From Candidatus Saganbacteria bacterium (GTDB taxonomy: Bacteria > Margulisbacteria > WOR-1 > O2-12-FULL-45-9 > XYB2-FULL-48-7): a stretch of DNA of 64,000 bases. Below are positions 46,064 to 54,949 of the stretch, one piece after another. The number at the start of each line of letters is the position of its first letter. The stretch's first letter is position 1. The stretch lies in assembly GCA_016939335.1 (NCBI GenBank), contig JAFGHC010000030.1, forward strand, positions 15,230 to 79,229, written 5' to 3'. Made by a program: the position numbers and the translations under genes. The notes beneath the pieces are model-generated. The model saw nothing but the letters and a program-made list of their open reading frames with translations. It made no database searches and was not told the origin of the DNA.

Positions 46064-46972
46064 ATGAGGGCTGTTAACATGAGCAAAGTTTACTTTACTA
46101 AAGATGTTAACTCGGCCAGCCAATTGTTTGACGCCGCCGGTCTTGACGGCCTGATCAAGCCGGGCGAACCGGTCGCCCTCAAGATCCACTTCGGCGAGCC
46201 GGGCAACACCGCCTATCTTAAACCGGCGGTCGTTAATCCGGTCCGCGATAGGATAACCACGCTCGGCGGCCGGCCCTTTTACACCGACTGCAACACGCTC
46301 TACCGCGGCCGCCGCGGCTTTTCGCAAGACCACCGGCTGGTCGCCCAGGAGCACGGTTTTGACCCGGTCATCATTCTGGAAGAAGAAGAGCAGACCGCGG
46401 TCGCAGTCAATCTCAAGCATTCAAAAAGCGTCTGGCTCGGCGACATTGCGGTCAGAAGCCAGACCATCATCGCCCTGACGCACTTTAAAGGCCACGAATT
46501 GATCGGTTTCGGCGGCACGCTCAAGAATCTTGGCATGGGTTTTGGTTCCCGGAAAGGGAAATTGAAAATGCATCAGGAGTGTCAAGGCTGCGCCCAGGCC
46601 GAGGCCTGCCGAAAAAACGCCAACATCGAAGCCTGCTGGGTCGGGTCGCCCGCGCTGGTCTCCGAAAAGATCGCCGAATACGCCTACGGCGCGGTCAAAG
46701 GAAAGGCTTGCGGTTATCTTAATTTCATCACCGACGTCTCGCCCAACTGCGACTGCTATCCGCACAACGGGGCGCCGGTCGTCCCCGACCTCGGCGTGCT
46801 GGCGGCCGGCGACCCGGTCGCCCTCGACCAGGCGAGCATCGATCTGGTCAACCAGGCGGCCGGCCGGGACGTCTTCCGCGAACTTTATCCCAAGACCGAC
46901 TGGAACGTACAGCTGGCCTACGCGGAAGCGATCGGCCTTGGCCATAGAAAGTACGAATTGATTGCGTTATAA
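46064..46972 (+). CDS. DUF362 domain protein (putative Fe-S cluster protein)
   Basis: 302 aa; conserved Cys pairs CQGCAQAEAC and CDC typical of DUF362 proteins; probable start MSKVYF (46079). Confidence 0.5.
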   Translation: MRAVNMSKVYFTKDVNSASQLFDAAGLDGLIKPGEPVALKIHFGEPGNTAYLKPAVVNPVRDRITTLGGRPFYTDCNTLYRGRRGFSQDHRLVAQEHGFDPVIILEEEEQTAVAVNLKHSKSVWLGDIAVRSQTIIALTHFKGHELIGFGGTLKNLGMGFGSRKGKLKMHQECQGCAQAEACRKNANIEACWVGSPALVSEKIAEYAYGAVKGKACGYLNFITDVSPNCDCYPHNGAPVVPDLGVLAAGDPVALDQASIDLVNQAAGRDVFRELYPKTDWNVQLAYAEAIGLGHRKYELIAL

Positions 46973-46980
46973 TATCGTTA

Positions 46981-47012
46981 TTAATTCCCCACACTTAAGT
47001 GTGGGGAATTAA
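46981..47012. repeat. Perfect 32-bp palindrome TTAATTCCCCACACTTAAGTGTGGGGAATTAA
   Basis: Self-complementary over all 32 nt; near-identical copy at 54917-54947; variant hairpins at 48076-48122; 15 nt upstream of the pta ATG. Confidence 0.85.
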
Positions 47013-47026
47013 AATCAACAAGAAAG

Positions 47027-48031
47027 ATGGACATCATGGACTTCATTAAGGAAACCTGGAACAAAGCCAAAGCCCTGCACAAAACCATCGTCCTGCCCGA
47101 GACCGAAGATGCCCGCGTCCTCAAAGCCGCCGAACTGATCGTGAGAAGCAAGCTGGCCAAGATCATTCTGATCGGCGAAGAGGCCAAGATCAAGAATGTG
47201 GCCGGCGCGGGCGACGCCGACTTGTCCGGCGCGCGGATCATCGATCCCTACAAGCATCCCCAGCTCGACAAGTACGTCCAGCTCCTGAAAGAAAAACGGG
47301 CCGCCAAGGGGATGACGATCGAGAAGGCGCGCCAGCACCTGACCAAGGAGTACCCCTATTTCGGCGCCATGCTGGTCGACCAGGGGGAAGCGGACGGGAT
47401 GGTGACGGGCGCCATCCATTACACGGCCGACACGCTGCGCGCGACGATCGACTGCATCGGCAAGGCGCCGGGGCAATCGATCATCTCCAGCTTTTTCGTC
47501 ATGGTCCTGCCGGAGAAAAATTTCGGGGAAGAAGGGGCGCTTTTTTACGCCGACTGCGGCGTCGTCCCCAACCCGACGGCCGAACAGCTGGCCGACATCG
47601 CCATCCAGACCGCCGATTCGTTCGTCAGGCTGGTCGGGCGCGAGCCGCGCGTCGCCCTGCTCTCCTTTTCCACCAAGACCTCGGCCGTCCATCCCGACGT
47701 CGACAAGGTGATCGCCGCCACGCGGCTGGCCAGAGAAAAAAAGCCCGGCCTGCTGCTCGACGGGGAGCTCCAGCTCGACGCCGCGCTGGTCCCCGAGATC
47801 GGCCGGCGCAAAGCCCCCGGCAGCCTGGTCGCCGGCCAGGCCAACGTCCTGATCTTTCCCGACCTCGACGCCGGCAATATCGGCTACAAGCTGACCGAGC
47901 GGCTGGCGCACGCGCAGGCGTTCGGCCCGCTCCTGCAGGGCGAAGCGAAAGTGGTCAATGATCTCTCGCGGGGCTGCAGCGTCGAGGATATCATCAACGT
48001 TACGGCGATCAGCGCGGTGCAGGCGCAGTAA
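47027..48031 (+). CDS. pta: Phosphate acetyltransferase (phosphotransacetylase), short form
   Basis: 334 aa; collinear with Pta/PtaB family (..[15 protein letters not shown].., [19 protein letters not shown]). Confidence 0.8.
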   Translation: MDIMDFIKETWNKAKALHKTIVLPETEDARVLKAAELIVRSKLAKIILIGEEAKIKNVAGAGDADLSGARIIDPYKHPQLDKYVQLLKEKRAAKGMTIEKARQHLTKEYPYFGAMLVDQGEADGMVTGAIHYTADTLRATIDCIGKAPGQSIISSFFVMVLPEKNFGEEGALFYADCGVVPNPTAEQLADIAIQTADSFVRLVGREPRVALLSFSTKTSAVHPDVDKVIAATRLAREKKPGLLLDGELQLDAALVPEIGRRKAPGSLVAGQANVLIFPDLDAGNIGYKLTERLAHAQAFGPLLQGEAKVVNDLSRGCSVEDIINVTAISAVQAQ

Positions 48032-48075
48032 TTTGCCAAACTTTGCAGCAGTGAATTTCTTGCTTTGGGAGGAAA

Positions 48076-48122
48076 CCCCACAATAAATTGTGGGGAATAA
48101 TTCCACACATTTCAATGTGTGG
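48076..48122. terminator. Tandem hairpins CCCCACAAT-AA-ATTGTGGGG and CCACACAT-TTCA-ATGTGTGG between convergent pta and rfbB (bidirectional terminator candidate)
   Basis: On the minus strand the first hairpin is followed by TTTCCTCCC, a U-rich tract; same CCCCACA..TGTGGGG core as the 32-bp palindrome family. Confidence 0.45.
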
Positions 48123-48166
48123 TTTCACAATCCCGCTCCCAACCGCAGCAGCGGGAAGACATTTTT

Positions 48167-49246
48167 TCATTGTTTGTACCAGTCTTTATAGAACTTCTTG
48201 TACTCGGCCTGTTTCTCTTTGATGTTTTTCCACCAGTCGCGGTTCTCTTTATACCAGGCAACGGTCTGCTTCAGCCCGTCCTCGAACCTCGTCCGCGGCT
48301 GCCAGCCGAGCTTTTTGACTTTGCCGCAGTCGATCGAGTAGCGGCGGTCGTGGCCGGGGCGGTCCTTGACCGGCTGGACCATTTCTTCGCCCAGGCCGAG
48401 CTCTTTCAGGATAAGTTTGGTGACAACAATGTTTTCCCGTTCATTGCCGCCGCCAATGTTGTAGATTTCCCCGGCCCGGCCTTTTTGCAGAACAAGATCG
48501 ATCGCCTCGCAATTATCAACGACATACAGCCAGTCCCTGACGTTCTTCCCGTCGCCGTAAAGCGGGGCCTTCTCCCCCTGCAGCAGGTTGGTGATGAAGA
48601 GCGGCATCACTTTTTCCGGGTACTGGTAAGGGCCGTAATTGTTGGAAGAGCGCGTGATGATGACCGGCAGGCCATAGGTCTTGAAGTAAGAACGCACCAG
48701 GAGGTCGCCCCCCGCCTTCGAAGCCGCATAAGGCGAGTTCGGGCAGAGCGGCGATCCTTCGGTGAACGAACCGCGCTCGGTGCTGCCGTAAACCTCATCG
48801 GTCGAGATATGGAGATAGCGGTTAACGTTGAATTTTTTGGCCGCTTCGAGCAGAACATAGGTGCCGTAAACGTCGGTGTTGACGAACGAACCGGCGGAGA
48901 CGATCGAGCGGTCAACGTGCGTCTCGGCGGCAAAATTGACGATCTGCCCCGAGCAGCCGAGGCGCGCGACGGCCTCCCCGACCGCCCGCTGGTCGGCGAT
49001 ATCGCCTTTGACGAAAGAATAGCGCTGATCGTTATCAATGTCCCTTAAATTTCCCAGATTCCCGGCGTAGGTCAGCTTGTCAAAATTGATGATCTCAACG
49101 TCCGGATATTTGCCCAAAAGATAGCGGATGAAATTGCTGCCGATAAAGCCGGCGCCGCCGGTCACCATCACTTTCATAACTTGATCTTGCCTTCCACAAA
49201 AAGCGAGGCCCGCTCCAGCGACTCGAACGTGCCGGCGTCGCTCCAC
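48167..49246 (-). CDS. rfbB: dTDP-glucose 4,6-dehydratase
   Basis: Likely start MKVMVTGGAGFIGSNF (about 49177); YAASKAGGD (YxxxK); collinear with RmlB. Confidence 0.85.
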   Translation of the reverse strand: MERRRHVRVAGAGLAFCGRQDQVMKVMVTGGAGFIGSNFIRYLLGKYPDVEIINFDKLTYAGNLGNLRDIDNDQRYSFVKGDIADQRAVGEAVARLGCSGQIVNFAAETHVDRSIVSAGSFVNTDVYGTYVLLEAAKKFNVNRYLHISTDEVYGSTERGSFTEGSPLCPNSPYAASKAGGDLLVRSYFKTYGLPVIITRSSNNYGPYQYPEKVMPLFITNLLQGEKAPLYGDGKNVRDWLYVVDNCEAIDLVLQKGRAGEIYNIGGGNERENIVVTKLILKELGLGEEMVQPVKDRPGHDRRYSIDCGKVKKLGWQPRTRFEDGLKQTVAWYKENRDWWKNIKEKQAEYKKFYKDWYKQ

Positions 49247-49908
49247 CAGCCGCTCATCAGGTCGTAAGTCAGCTCGCCCCGCTCAAGATAGGCCTGGTTG
49301 ACCTCGGTGATCTCCAGTTCGCCGCGGCCCGAGGGTTTGAGCCGCTTGACGATCTCAAAAACCATGCTGTCGAAAAAGTAAATGCCGACCACCGCGAACT
49401 TGCTCTTCGGCTTCTTCGGTTTTTCTTCGATCGAGAGGATCTTGCCGCCCTCGAAGTCGACCACGCCGAAGCGCTGCGGATCGCTTACTTCCTTCAATAA
49501 AATCTTGGCGCCGCGCGCCTGCGCCGCGTATTTTTTAGCGAAGGGGGCAAGCGAATCCTCAAAGACATTGTCGCCCAGGATGACGCACATTTTATCCCTG
49601 CCGACGAAGTTCTCCGCCAATCCCAGCGCCTGCGCGATGCCGCCCGCCCGGTCCTGGACCTTATAAGTGAAACGGCATTTAAAATCATGGCCGCTTCCCA
49701 GCAGGGTGACGATATCACCCATATGGTCAACGCCGGTGACGATCAAGATCTCTTCGATCCCCGCTTCGGTCAGCTTCCCGATCGGGTGGTAGATCATCGG
49801 CTGGCGGCCGACCGGCAGCAGGTGCTTATTCGTCACCTTGGTCAGGGGAAAAAGGCGCGAACCGGTCCCGCCGGCAAGAATGATCCCTTTCATCTTTTGG
49901 CCGGCCAT
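49174..49908 (-). CDS. rfbA: Glucose-1-phosphate thymidylyltransferase (short RmlA-type nucleotidyltransferase)
   Basis: MKGIILAGGTGSRLFPLTKVTNKHLLPV N-terminal signature; about 240 aa. Confidence 0.75.
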   Translation of the reverse strand: MAGQKMKGIILAGGTGSRLFPLTKVTNKHLLPVGRQPMIYHPIGKLTEAGIEEILIVTGVDHMGDIVTLLGSGHDFKCRFTYKVQDRAGGIAQALGLAENFVGRDKMCVILGDNVFEDSLAPFAKKYAAQARGAKILLKEVSDPQRFGVVDFEGGKILSIEEKPKKPKSKFAVVGIYFFDSMVFEIVKRLKPSGRGELEITEVNQAYLERGELTYDLMSGWWSDAGTFESLERASLFVEGKIKL

Positions 49909-50633
49909 TATTTCACCTTCCCGATCATTTTTTTCTGCAGCATGATCAACCGGCCGATCCCTTTCTCGCCCAGGGCGAGCATTTTCTCCAGTTCCGACCT
50001 GGTAAAGGGAGCGGCCTCGGCCGTCCCCTGGAGCTCGACCAGCCGGCCGGTCTCGGTCGCCACCAAATTCATGTCGACTTCGGCGCGGGAATCTTCCTCA
50101 TAATTGAGATCGAGCAGCGTCTCGCCGTCAACGACGCCGACGCTGACGGCGGCAACGAACTCCTTGAGCGGGTTCTCGTCGATCTTGCCATCTTTGAGCA
50201 GCCGGTCAACAGCATCATGCAGGGCGACGAACGAACCGGTAATGGCCGCGGTCCGCGTGCCGCCGTCGGCCTGGATCACGTCGGCGTCGATCAGGACCGA
50301 ACGTTCGCCCAGTTTACCGAGATCGACCACCGCCCGCAGCGCGCGGCCGATCAGCCGCTGGATCTCCTGGGTGCGCCCTTTCGGCCTGCCCGCCCCCTGC
50401 TCGCGCTGGTTGCGCTGCGCCGTGGCGCCGGGGATCATCGCATATTCGGCCGTGACCCAGCCGGAGCCGGACCCGCGCTTGTGGTCGGGGACTTTCTCCT
50501 GGATGCTGGCGGTGCAGATGACCTTGGTCTCCCCCATTTCGATCAGCACCGAGCCAGGCGGATATTTGAGATAGTGGCGGGTGATCCTGGCCGGCCTGGC
50601 TTCGGCCGCGCCCCGGCCGTCGCTCCGCTTCAT
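49908..50633 (-). CDS. rph: Ribonuclease PH
   Basis: 241 aa; [30 protein letters not shown] motifs. Confidence 0.85.
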   Translation of the reverse strand: MKRSDGRGAAEARPARITRHYLKYPPGSVLIEMGETKVICTASIQEKVPDHKRGSGSGWVTAEYAMIPGATAQRNQREQGAGRPKGRTQEIQRLIGRALRAVVDLGKLGERSVLIDADVIQADGGTRTAAITGSFVALHDAVDRLLKDGKIDENPLKEFVAAVSVGVVDGETLLDLNYEEDSRAEVDMNLVATETGRLVELQGTAEAAPFTRSELEKMLALGEKGIGRLIMLQKKMIGKVK

Positions 50634-51049
50634 TTTTCGCTCCCGGCCTGGGTGGTCTTCTCCAGCCGTTCCCGGCCGGCCTTGACGGTGCGCAGGATCC
50701 GGGTCGAGGTCGCTTCCAGGTTGGCCAGGACTTCGTCGGCGTACTTATCGGCCCCGTCGCGGATCTCCTTGGCCATCTTGTATGCCTGTTCCATCACTTC
50801 GACCGCCTTGTTCTCGGCCGGCGAACGGCGCTCGTCCTCGGCCGGCAACGCCGTTTCCGCCGGGCCTTCGCTCTTGCCGATCACTTTGACGGCAAACCCG
50901 CTGCCGCCCTGGATCACCATCCTGATCTTGTCGATCACCGTCAGCAATTTCTCCTCATCGACCACGATCTTTTTGGTGAAGGGAAGCTTGGCACTGTCGA
51001 GCACGATCGATTCCAGATGGTCCAGCAAACCTAAAATTTCCGTTCCCAT
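50630..51049 (-). CDS. Hypothetical protein (helical, K/E-rich)
   Basis: 139 aa ORF between rph and coaD; no motif recognised. Confidence 0.35.
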   Translation of the reverse strand: MGTEILGLLDHLESIVLDSAKLPFTKKIVVDEEKLLTVIDKIRMVIQGGSGFAVKVIGKSEGPAETALPAEDERRSPAENKAVEVMEQAYKMAKEIRDGADKYADEVLANLEATSTRILRTVKAGRERLEKTTQAGSEK

Positions 51050-51052
51050 TGC

Positions 51053-51538
51053 TTATCCCTTCCTTTGTTTTTTCGCCGCCAGCACGCGGGCGACCGGGTC
51101 CGGCACCAGCCCGGAAACATCGCCCCCCAGACCGGCGATCTGCCTGACAAAACTCGAGCTCAAATAAGAGTAGCGGTAATCGGTCATCAGAAAGACCGTT
51201 TCGATCTCCGGCGCCATGCGCCGGTTGGTCAGCGCCATCTGGAATTCATAATCAAAATCGGAGACCGCCCGCAGGCCGCGCACCACGGCGCAAGCTTTCT
51301 GCCCGCGCACGTACTCGACCAGCAGGCCGTCAAAACTATCGACCGCGACATTGTCGCAGTGCGGGACCGAGGCCTTAAGCATGTCCATCCTTTCCTGGAA
51401 GGAAAAGAGAGGCGATTTCTCGGGGTTCCTGATGACCGCCACGATCACGCGGTCAAAAAGCCTGGCGGCGCGCTCGATCACGTCGAGGTGGCCGCTGGTG
51501 ACCGGGTCAAAACTGCCGGGATAAACCGCTTTTCTCAT
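51053..51538 (-). CDS. coaD: Phosphopantetheine adenylyltransferase
   Basis: 161 aa; YPGSFDPVTSGHLDVIERA (T/HxGH motif). Confidence 0.9.
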   Translation of the reverse strand: MRKAVYPGSFDPVTSGHLDVIERAARLFDRVIVAVIRNPEKSPLFSFQERMDMLKASVPHCDNVAVDSFDGLLVEYVRGQKACAVVRGLRAVSDFDYEFQMALTNRRMAPEIETVFLMTDYRYSYLSSSFVRQIAGLGGDVSGLVPDPVARVLAAKKQRKG

Positions 51539-52092
51539 TGTCCCATCCTGTAGAAGCCCAGGACCGTTTCTCCGTAACGGGCTTCGCGATAACGGGCCAG
51601 TCCGTCATAATCCTCGGCGATCGCCTGCTGGCGCCGGTATTCGGCGACCAGGATGCCGTCATCATTCAACAACCGCGAACCGGCGATCAGCTTGAGGCTC
51701 TTTTCCAGCGCCGGGTCATCGTACGGCGCGCCCAGATAGATCAGGTCGAATTTTGCGCCCCGGCTGTCCAGCAATTTGACCGCCCGCAGCACGTCGAGGG
51801 CGTAAACTTCCGCGCGCTCGGCCAGCCCCGTCAGCGCCAGGTTCTCGCGGACCAGCGCCACCGCCTGGCGGTTCAGCTCCACAAAAAAAACCACACTTGC
51901 CCCGCGGGAGAGCGCCTCGATCCCCACCGCCCCGGTCCCGGCGAAGAGGTCAAGGAAACTGGCCCCGGCGATTTTTGCCGCTAAAATATTAAAAAGTGCG
52001 CCGCGCGCCTGGTCAGTTAAGGGCCGAACTCTCCAGCTTTTTTTTGGAGTTTTCAATCTTCGACCTTTGGCTTTCCCAGCGATTATGCGCAT
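51535..52092 (-). CDS. rsmD: 16S rRNA (guanine966-N2)-methyltransferase
   Basis: 185 aa; MRIIAGKAKGRRLKTP N-terminus, LDLFAGTGAVGIEALSRGA motif I, DPPY-like GAPY. Confidence 0.8.
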   Translation of the reverse strand: MRIIAGKAKGRRLKTPKKSWRVRPLTDQARGALFNILAAKIAGASFLDLFAGTGAVGIEALSRGASVVFFVELNRQAVALVRENLALTGLAERAEVYALDVLRAVKLLDSRGAKFDLIYLGAPYDDPALEKSLKLIAGSRLLNDDGILVAEYRRQQAIAEDYDGLARYREARYGETVLGFYRMGQ

Positions 52093-54028
52093 CTTCAGGG
52101 TCTTTCCCGATCAATTCCAGCGCCGCCACGCGGGCCGCCTGAAGAATTTTCTCGTCCCTTATTATATCAGCCACACGAAAGTTTGGCAAACCGGACTGGC
52201 GCACCCCCAGCATCTCCCCCGGCCCCCGCAGCCGCAGGTCGGCTTCGGCGATCTTGAAACCGTCGCCGGTCTCGATCATCGCCTTCATGCGGGCTCTCGC
52301 CTCCTCCGATTTCGGCTCGCCGACCAGAAAACAATACGACTGTTCGGCCCCCCGGCCGATCCGGCCGCGCAGCTGGTGGAGCTGGGAGAGGCCGAAGCGC
52401 TCGGCGTGCTCGACGACCATGACGGTCGCGTTGGCGACGTCGATGCCGACCTCGATCACCGTGGTGGAAACAAGGATATCGATCTTCCGCTCCAGGAAAT
52501 TTTTCATCACCCGCTCTTTTTCCGCGCTCTTCAGCCGGCCGTGCAGCAAGCCGACCTTGAGTTCGGGAAAGATATCTTTTTGCAGTCGCTCGGCTTCCTC
52601 GACCGCCGCTTTCAGGTCGAGTTCGCTCGACTCCTCGACCAGCGGGCAGACAAAAAAGACCTGCCGCCCCTCTTTGACCTTCAGCCGGATGAACTCGTAA
52701 GCGTCGCTCCGCTTATTTCTCGGCACGTAATAGGTCTTGACCGGCATCCGTCCCGGCGGCAGCTCGTCGATGATCGAGCGGTCAAGGTCGCCGTAGAGGG
52801 TCAGCGCCAGCGAGCGCGGGATCGGCGTCGCGGTCATGACCAGAACGTGCGGCGTGACGCCTTTACTGATAAGCTGCGCCCGCTGGTGGACGCCGAAGCG
52901 GTGCTGTTCGTCGATCACCACCAGCGCCAGGTCGCGGTATTTCACCTTTTCTTCGATCAGGGCGTGCGTGCCGATGATAAGATCGGCCTCCAGCAGCTCC
53001 GCCCGCTTCTTGTCAGACGAAGTGGTTGCGGTCAAAAGATCGACTTTAAGCTTCGTGTCCCTGAATAAGTCTAATAATTTATTGTAGTGCTGCTGGGCCA
53101 GTATCTCGGTCGGCGCCAGGATCGCCGCCTGATAGCCGTTCCTGACCGCCAGCCAGGCCGCCGCCACCGCCACGATCGTCTTCCCCGACCCGACGTCGCC
53201 CTGGAGCAGCCGGTTCATCGGCCGGCCGCCCTGAAGATCCTTATAGATATCCTCCAAGACCCGCTCCTGCGCCGGAGTGAAGCGGAAAGGGAGGAGGGAA
53301 GCAAATTCGGCGCGCGCTTCCTGGCTGACGTCAAACTTGCGCCCTTTCAGTTCTTCTTTATATTCCTTGCGCCGGAGCAGCAGGCCGAGCTGGAAGAGGA
53401 ACAGCTCTTCGTAGGCCAGAAAGTCCCTCGCCCGAGCGATGCTTTCCATCTCCTCGGGCTGATGCAAGGCCAGGAGAGCCTGCCTGACCCTCTCATCGGC
53501 GATCCCGCTCAAATAGTTATCGAGCACGGTCTTGACGACCGAGCGCAGTTTTTTGGGATAAAGCCCTTCGGTCATGGGGTAGCGCGGCATGATCTTGAGG
53601 TTGTCGCCGGTATCGATCTCGAAGTCGCGCACCGAGATCTGCATGACGTGGTCATAGGCGGAGAACTCGACCTTGCCGGAGACGATCAGCTTCATCCCCC
53701 GCTTGAACAGCCGTTTGAGGAACGGCTGGTTGAACCAGACCGCCTGCAGGGTCGCCGTCCGGTCGTTCAGGTAAACTTTTAAGATATGGACGCGGCTGCG
53801 GGTCGGCTGGTCCTCGATCTTCATGATCTCGCCTTTGGCGACGTCAAAAAAAGCGGGGCGGACCTGGATGATCGGCTTGATATTGCGCCGGTCCTCCCAT
53901 TCGCGGGGGACAAGGTAGAGGAGGTCCTCGACCGAAAAAACGCCCAGTCTGGCGAAAATTTTGGCTAATTTCGGCCCGACGCCCTTGACATATTGGATCG
54001 GCGTATCGAGCGTTTTGGTTGGCATCAA
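52013..54028 (-). CDS. recG: ATP-dependent DNA helicase RecG
   Basis: 671 aa; wedge domain, Walker A GDVGSGKT, DEQHRFG, helicase C motifs; 80-nt overlap with rsmD. Confidence 0.85.
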   Translation of the reverse strand: MMPTKTLDTPIQYVKGVGPKLAKIFARLGVFSVEDLLYLVPREWEDRRNIKPIIQVRPAFFDVAKGEIMKIEDQPTRSRVHILKVYLNDRTATLQAVWFNQPFLKRLFKRGMKLIVSGKVEFSAYDHVMQISVRDFEIDTGDNLKIMPRYPMTEGLYPKKLRSVVKTVLDNYLSGIADERVRQALLALHQPEEMESIARARDFLAYEELFLFQLGLLLRRKEYKEELKGRKFDVSQEARAEFASLLPFRFTPAQERVLEDIYKDLQGGRPMNRLLQGDVGSGKTIVAVAAAWLAVRNGYQAAILAPTEILAQQHYNKLLDLFRDTKLKVDLLTATTSSDKKRAELLEADLIIGTHALIEEKVKYRDLALVVIDEQHRFGVHQRAQLISKGVTPHVLVMTATPIPRSLALTLYGDLDRSIIDELPPGRMPVKTYYVPRNKRSDAYEFIRLKVKEGRQVFFVCPLVEESSELDLKAAVEEAERLQKDIFPELKVGLLHGRLKSAEKERVMKNFLERKIDILVSTTVIEVGIDVANATVMVVEHAERFGLSQLHQLRGRIGRGAEQSYCFLVGEPKSEEARARMKAMIETGDGFKIAEADLRLRGPGEMLGVRQSGLPNFRVADIIRDEKILQAARVAALELIGKDPEDAHNRWESQRSKIENSKKKLESSALN

Positions 54029-54209
54029 GTTAATTTTACCATAACCGGGAGGATATCAGGTTATCAGAGAATCAGGGCGCAGATGATCAGTAAATCAGAA
54101 GATCAGGAAGAATAACTGATAACCTGGTATTCTGATCTCCCACCCTCTGATATCCTGATATTCTGATATCCACATTTGCGCACCTGTCGTCAATAATTAA
54201 AACGCGGAT

Positions 54210-54238
54210 TTGACAGTGGCCGTTTTTTATAATAAAAT
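54210..54238 (+). promoter_or_regulatory. Sigma-70 promoter of rpmB (TTGACA-17-TAAAAT), near-leaderless
   Basis: TTGACA 54210-54215, TAAAAT 54233-54238, ATG at 54248. Confidence 0.5.
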
Positions 54239-54247
54239 AAATCCATC

Positions 54248-54448
54248 ATGGCAAGAAAATGTATCAGCTGCGGCAAAAAGCCGGTGCGGGGGAACGCGGT
54301 CTCCCATTCCAACCGCAAGAGCATACGCTTTTTCAACCCCAACCTGCAAAAGGTGAATATCGTACTGGCAGGCAAGAAAACTAAAGCCTACGTCTGCACC
54401 AAGTGTTTGAAAGCCGGCAAAGTTGTTAAGGCCCCGGTTCGCGCTTAA
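54248..54448 (+). CDS. rpmB: 50S ribosomal protein L28
   Basis: 66 aa; MARKCISCGKKPVRGNAVSHSNRKSIRFFNPNLQ matches the L28 family signature. Confidence 0.85.
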   Translation: MARKCISCGKKPVRGNAVSHSNRKSIRFFNPNLQKVNIVLAGKKTKAYVCTKCLKAGKVVKAPVRA

Positions 54449-54929
54449 ACCGCTGCGTGGCGATCTCGTCCATGAACTTGGCTTCCAGGGTGTTCATTAA
54501 TTTAGTGTATTCCTCCAGCTTCCTTTCCTTGTGCTTCTCCATGATCTTCTTGTCCTTCATCGATTCGACCAGCTTGGCCCGCTGCTCCTCCAGCAGCTTG
54601 CTCGCCTCGATCACTTTCTCGATCTGCTCGTCGAGGTCGGTCTTTAAGACGTCAAGATGGGCCCGGCGCCGCAGCACTTTCTCGAAATTGCTGATCGGCC
54701 CCTGGCGGAAAACGTCGCGCAGTTCCTCTTCTTTGCCTTTTTTCTCTTCTTTGATCGCTTCTTCCTTCTGCTTCTCCGTCAGATAGGCGCGGTTCTTCTC
54801 GGCGAATTTCTCCTGCTCTTTCTTCTCGTGGATCTCCCTGACCTTGAGCACCGCCGCGAGGTCGTATTTGAACTTCTTGCCCGGTTTCGGTTGTCTGGCC
54901 ACTTTTGTCTGTCCTCTAACTCCCCACAC
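54426..54929 (-). CDS. fliJ: Flagellar export chaperone FliJ-like coiled-coil protein
   Basis: 167 aa, K/E-rich coiled coil immediately downstream of fliI; the track start (GTG) lies inside the palindrome, so the true start is probably downstream. Confidence 0.5.
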   Translation of the reverse strand: MWGVRGQTKVARQPKPGKKFKYDLAAVLKVREIHEKKEQEKFAEKNRAYLTEKQKEEAIKEEKKGKEEELRDVFRQGPISNFEKVLRRRAHLDVLKTDLDEQIEKVIEASKLLEEQRAKLVESMKDKKIMEKHKERKLEEYTKLMNTLEAKFMDEIATQRFKREPGP

Positions 54930-54947
54930 TTAAGTGTGGGGAATTAA
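54917..54947. repeat. Second copy of palindrome TAACTCCCCACACTTAAGTGTGGGGAATTAA
   Basis: Differs from 46981-47012 by one base in the left arm; sits at the fliI stop / fliJ start junction. Confidence 0.85.
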
Positions 54948-54949
54948 CA

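Noticed and set aside
46981-47012. The 32-bp palindrome as a simple rho-independent terminator.
   Set aside because: It has flanking AATT arms on both sides rather than a 3' U-tract. Kept as a repeat/operator candidate, with only the 48076-48122 variant called as a possible terminator.
54160-54180. DnaA-box-like TATCCACA as an indicator of oriC.
   Set aside because: Only one good box, and no dnaA/dnaN/gyrB nearby. Reported instead as part of a repeat-rich divergent regulatory region.
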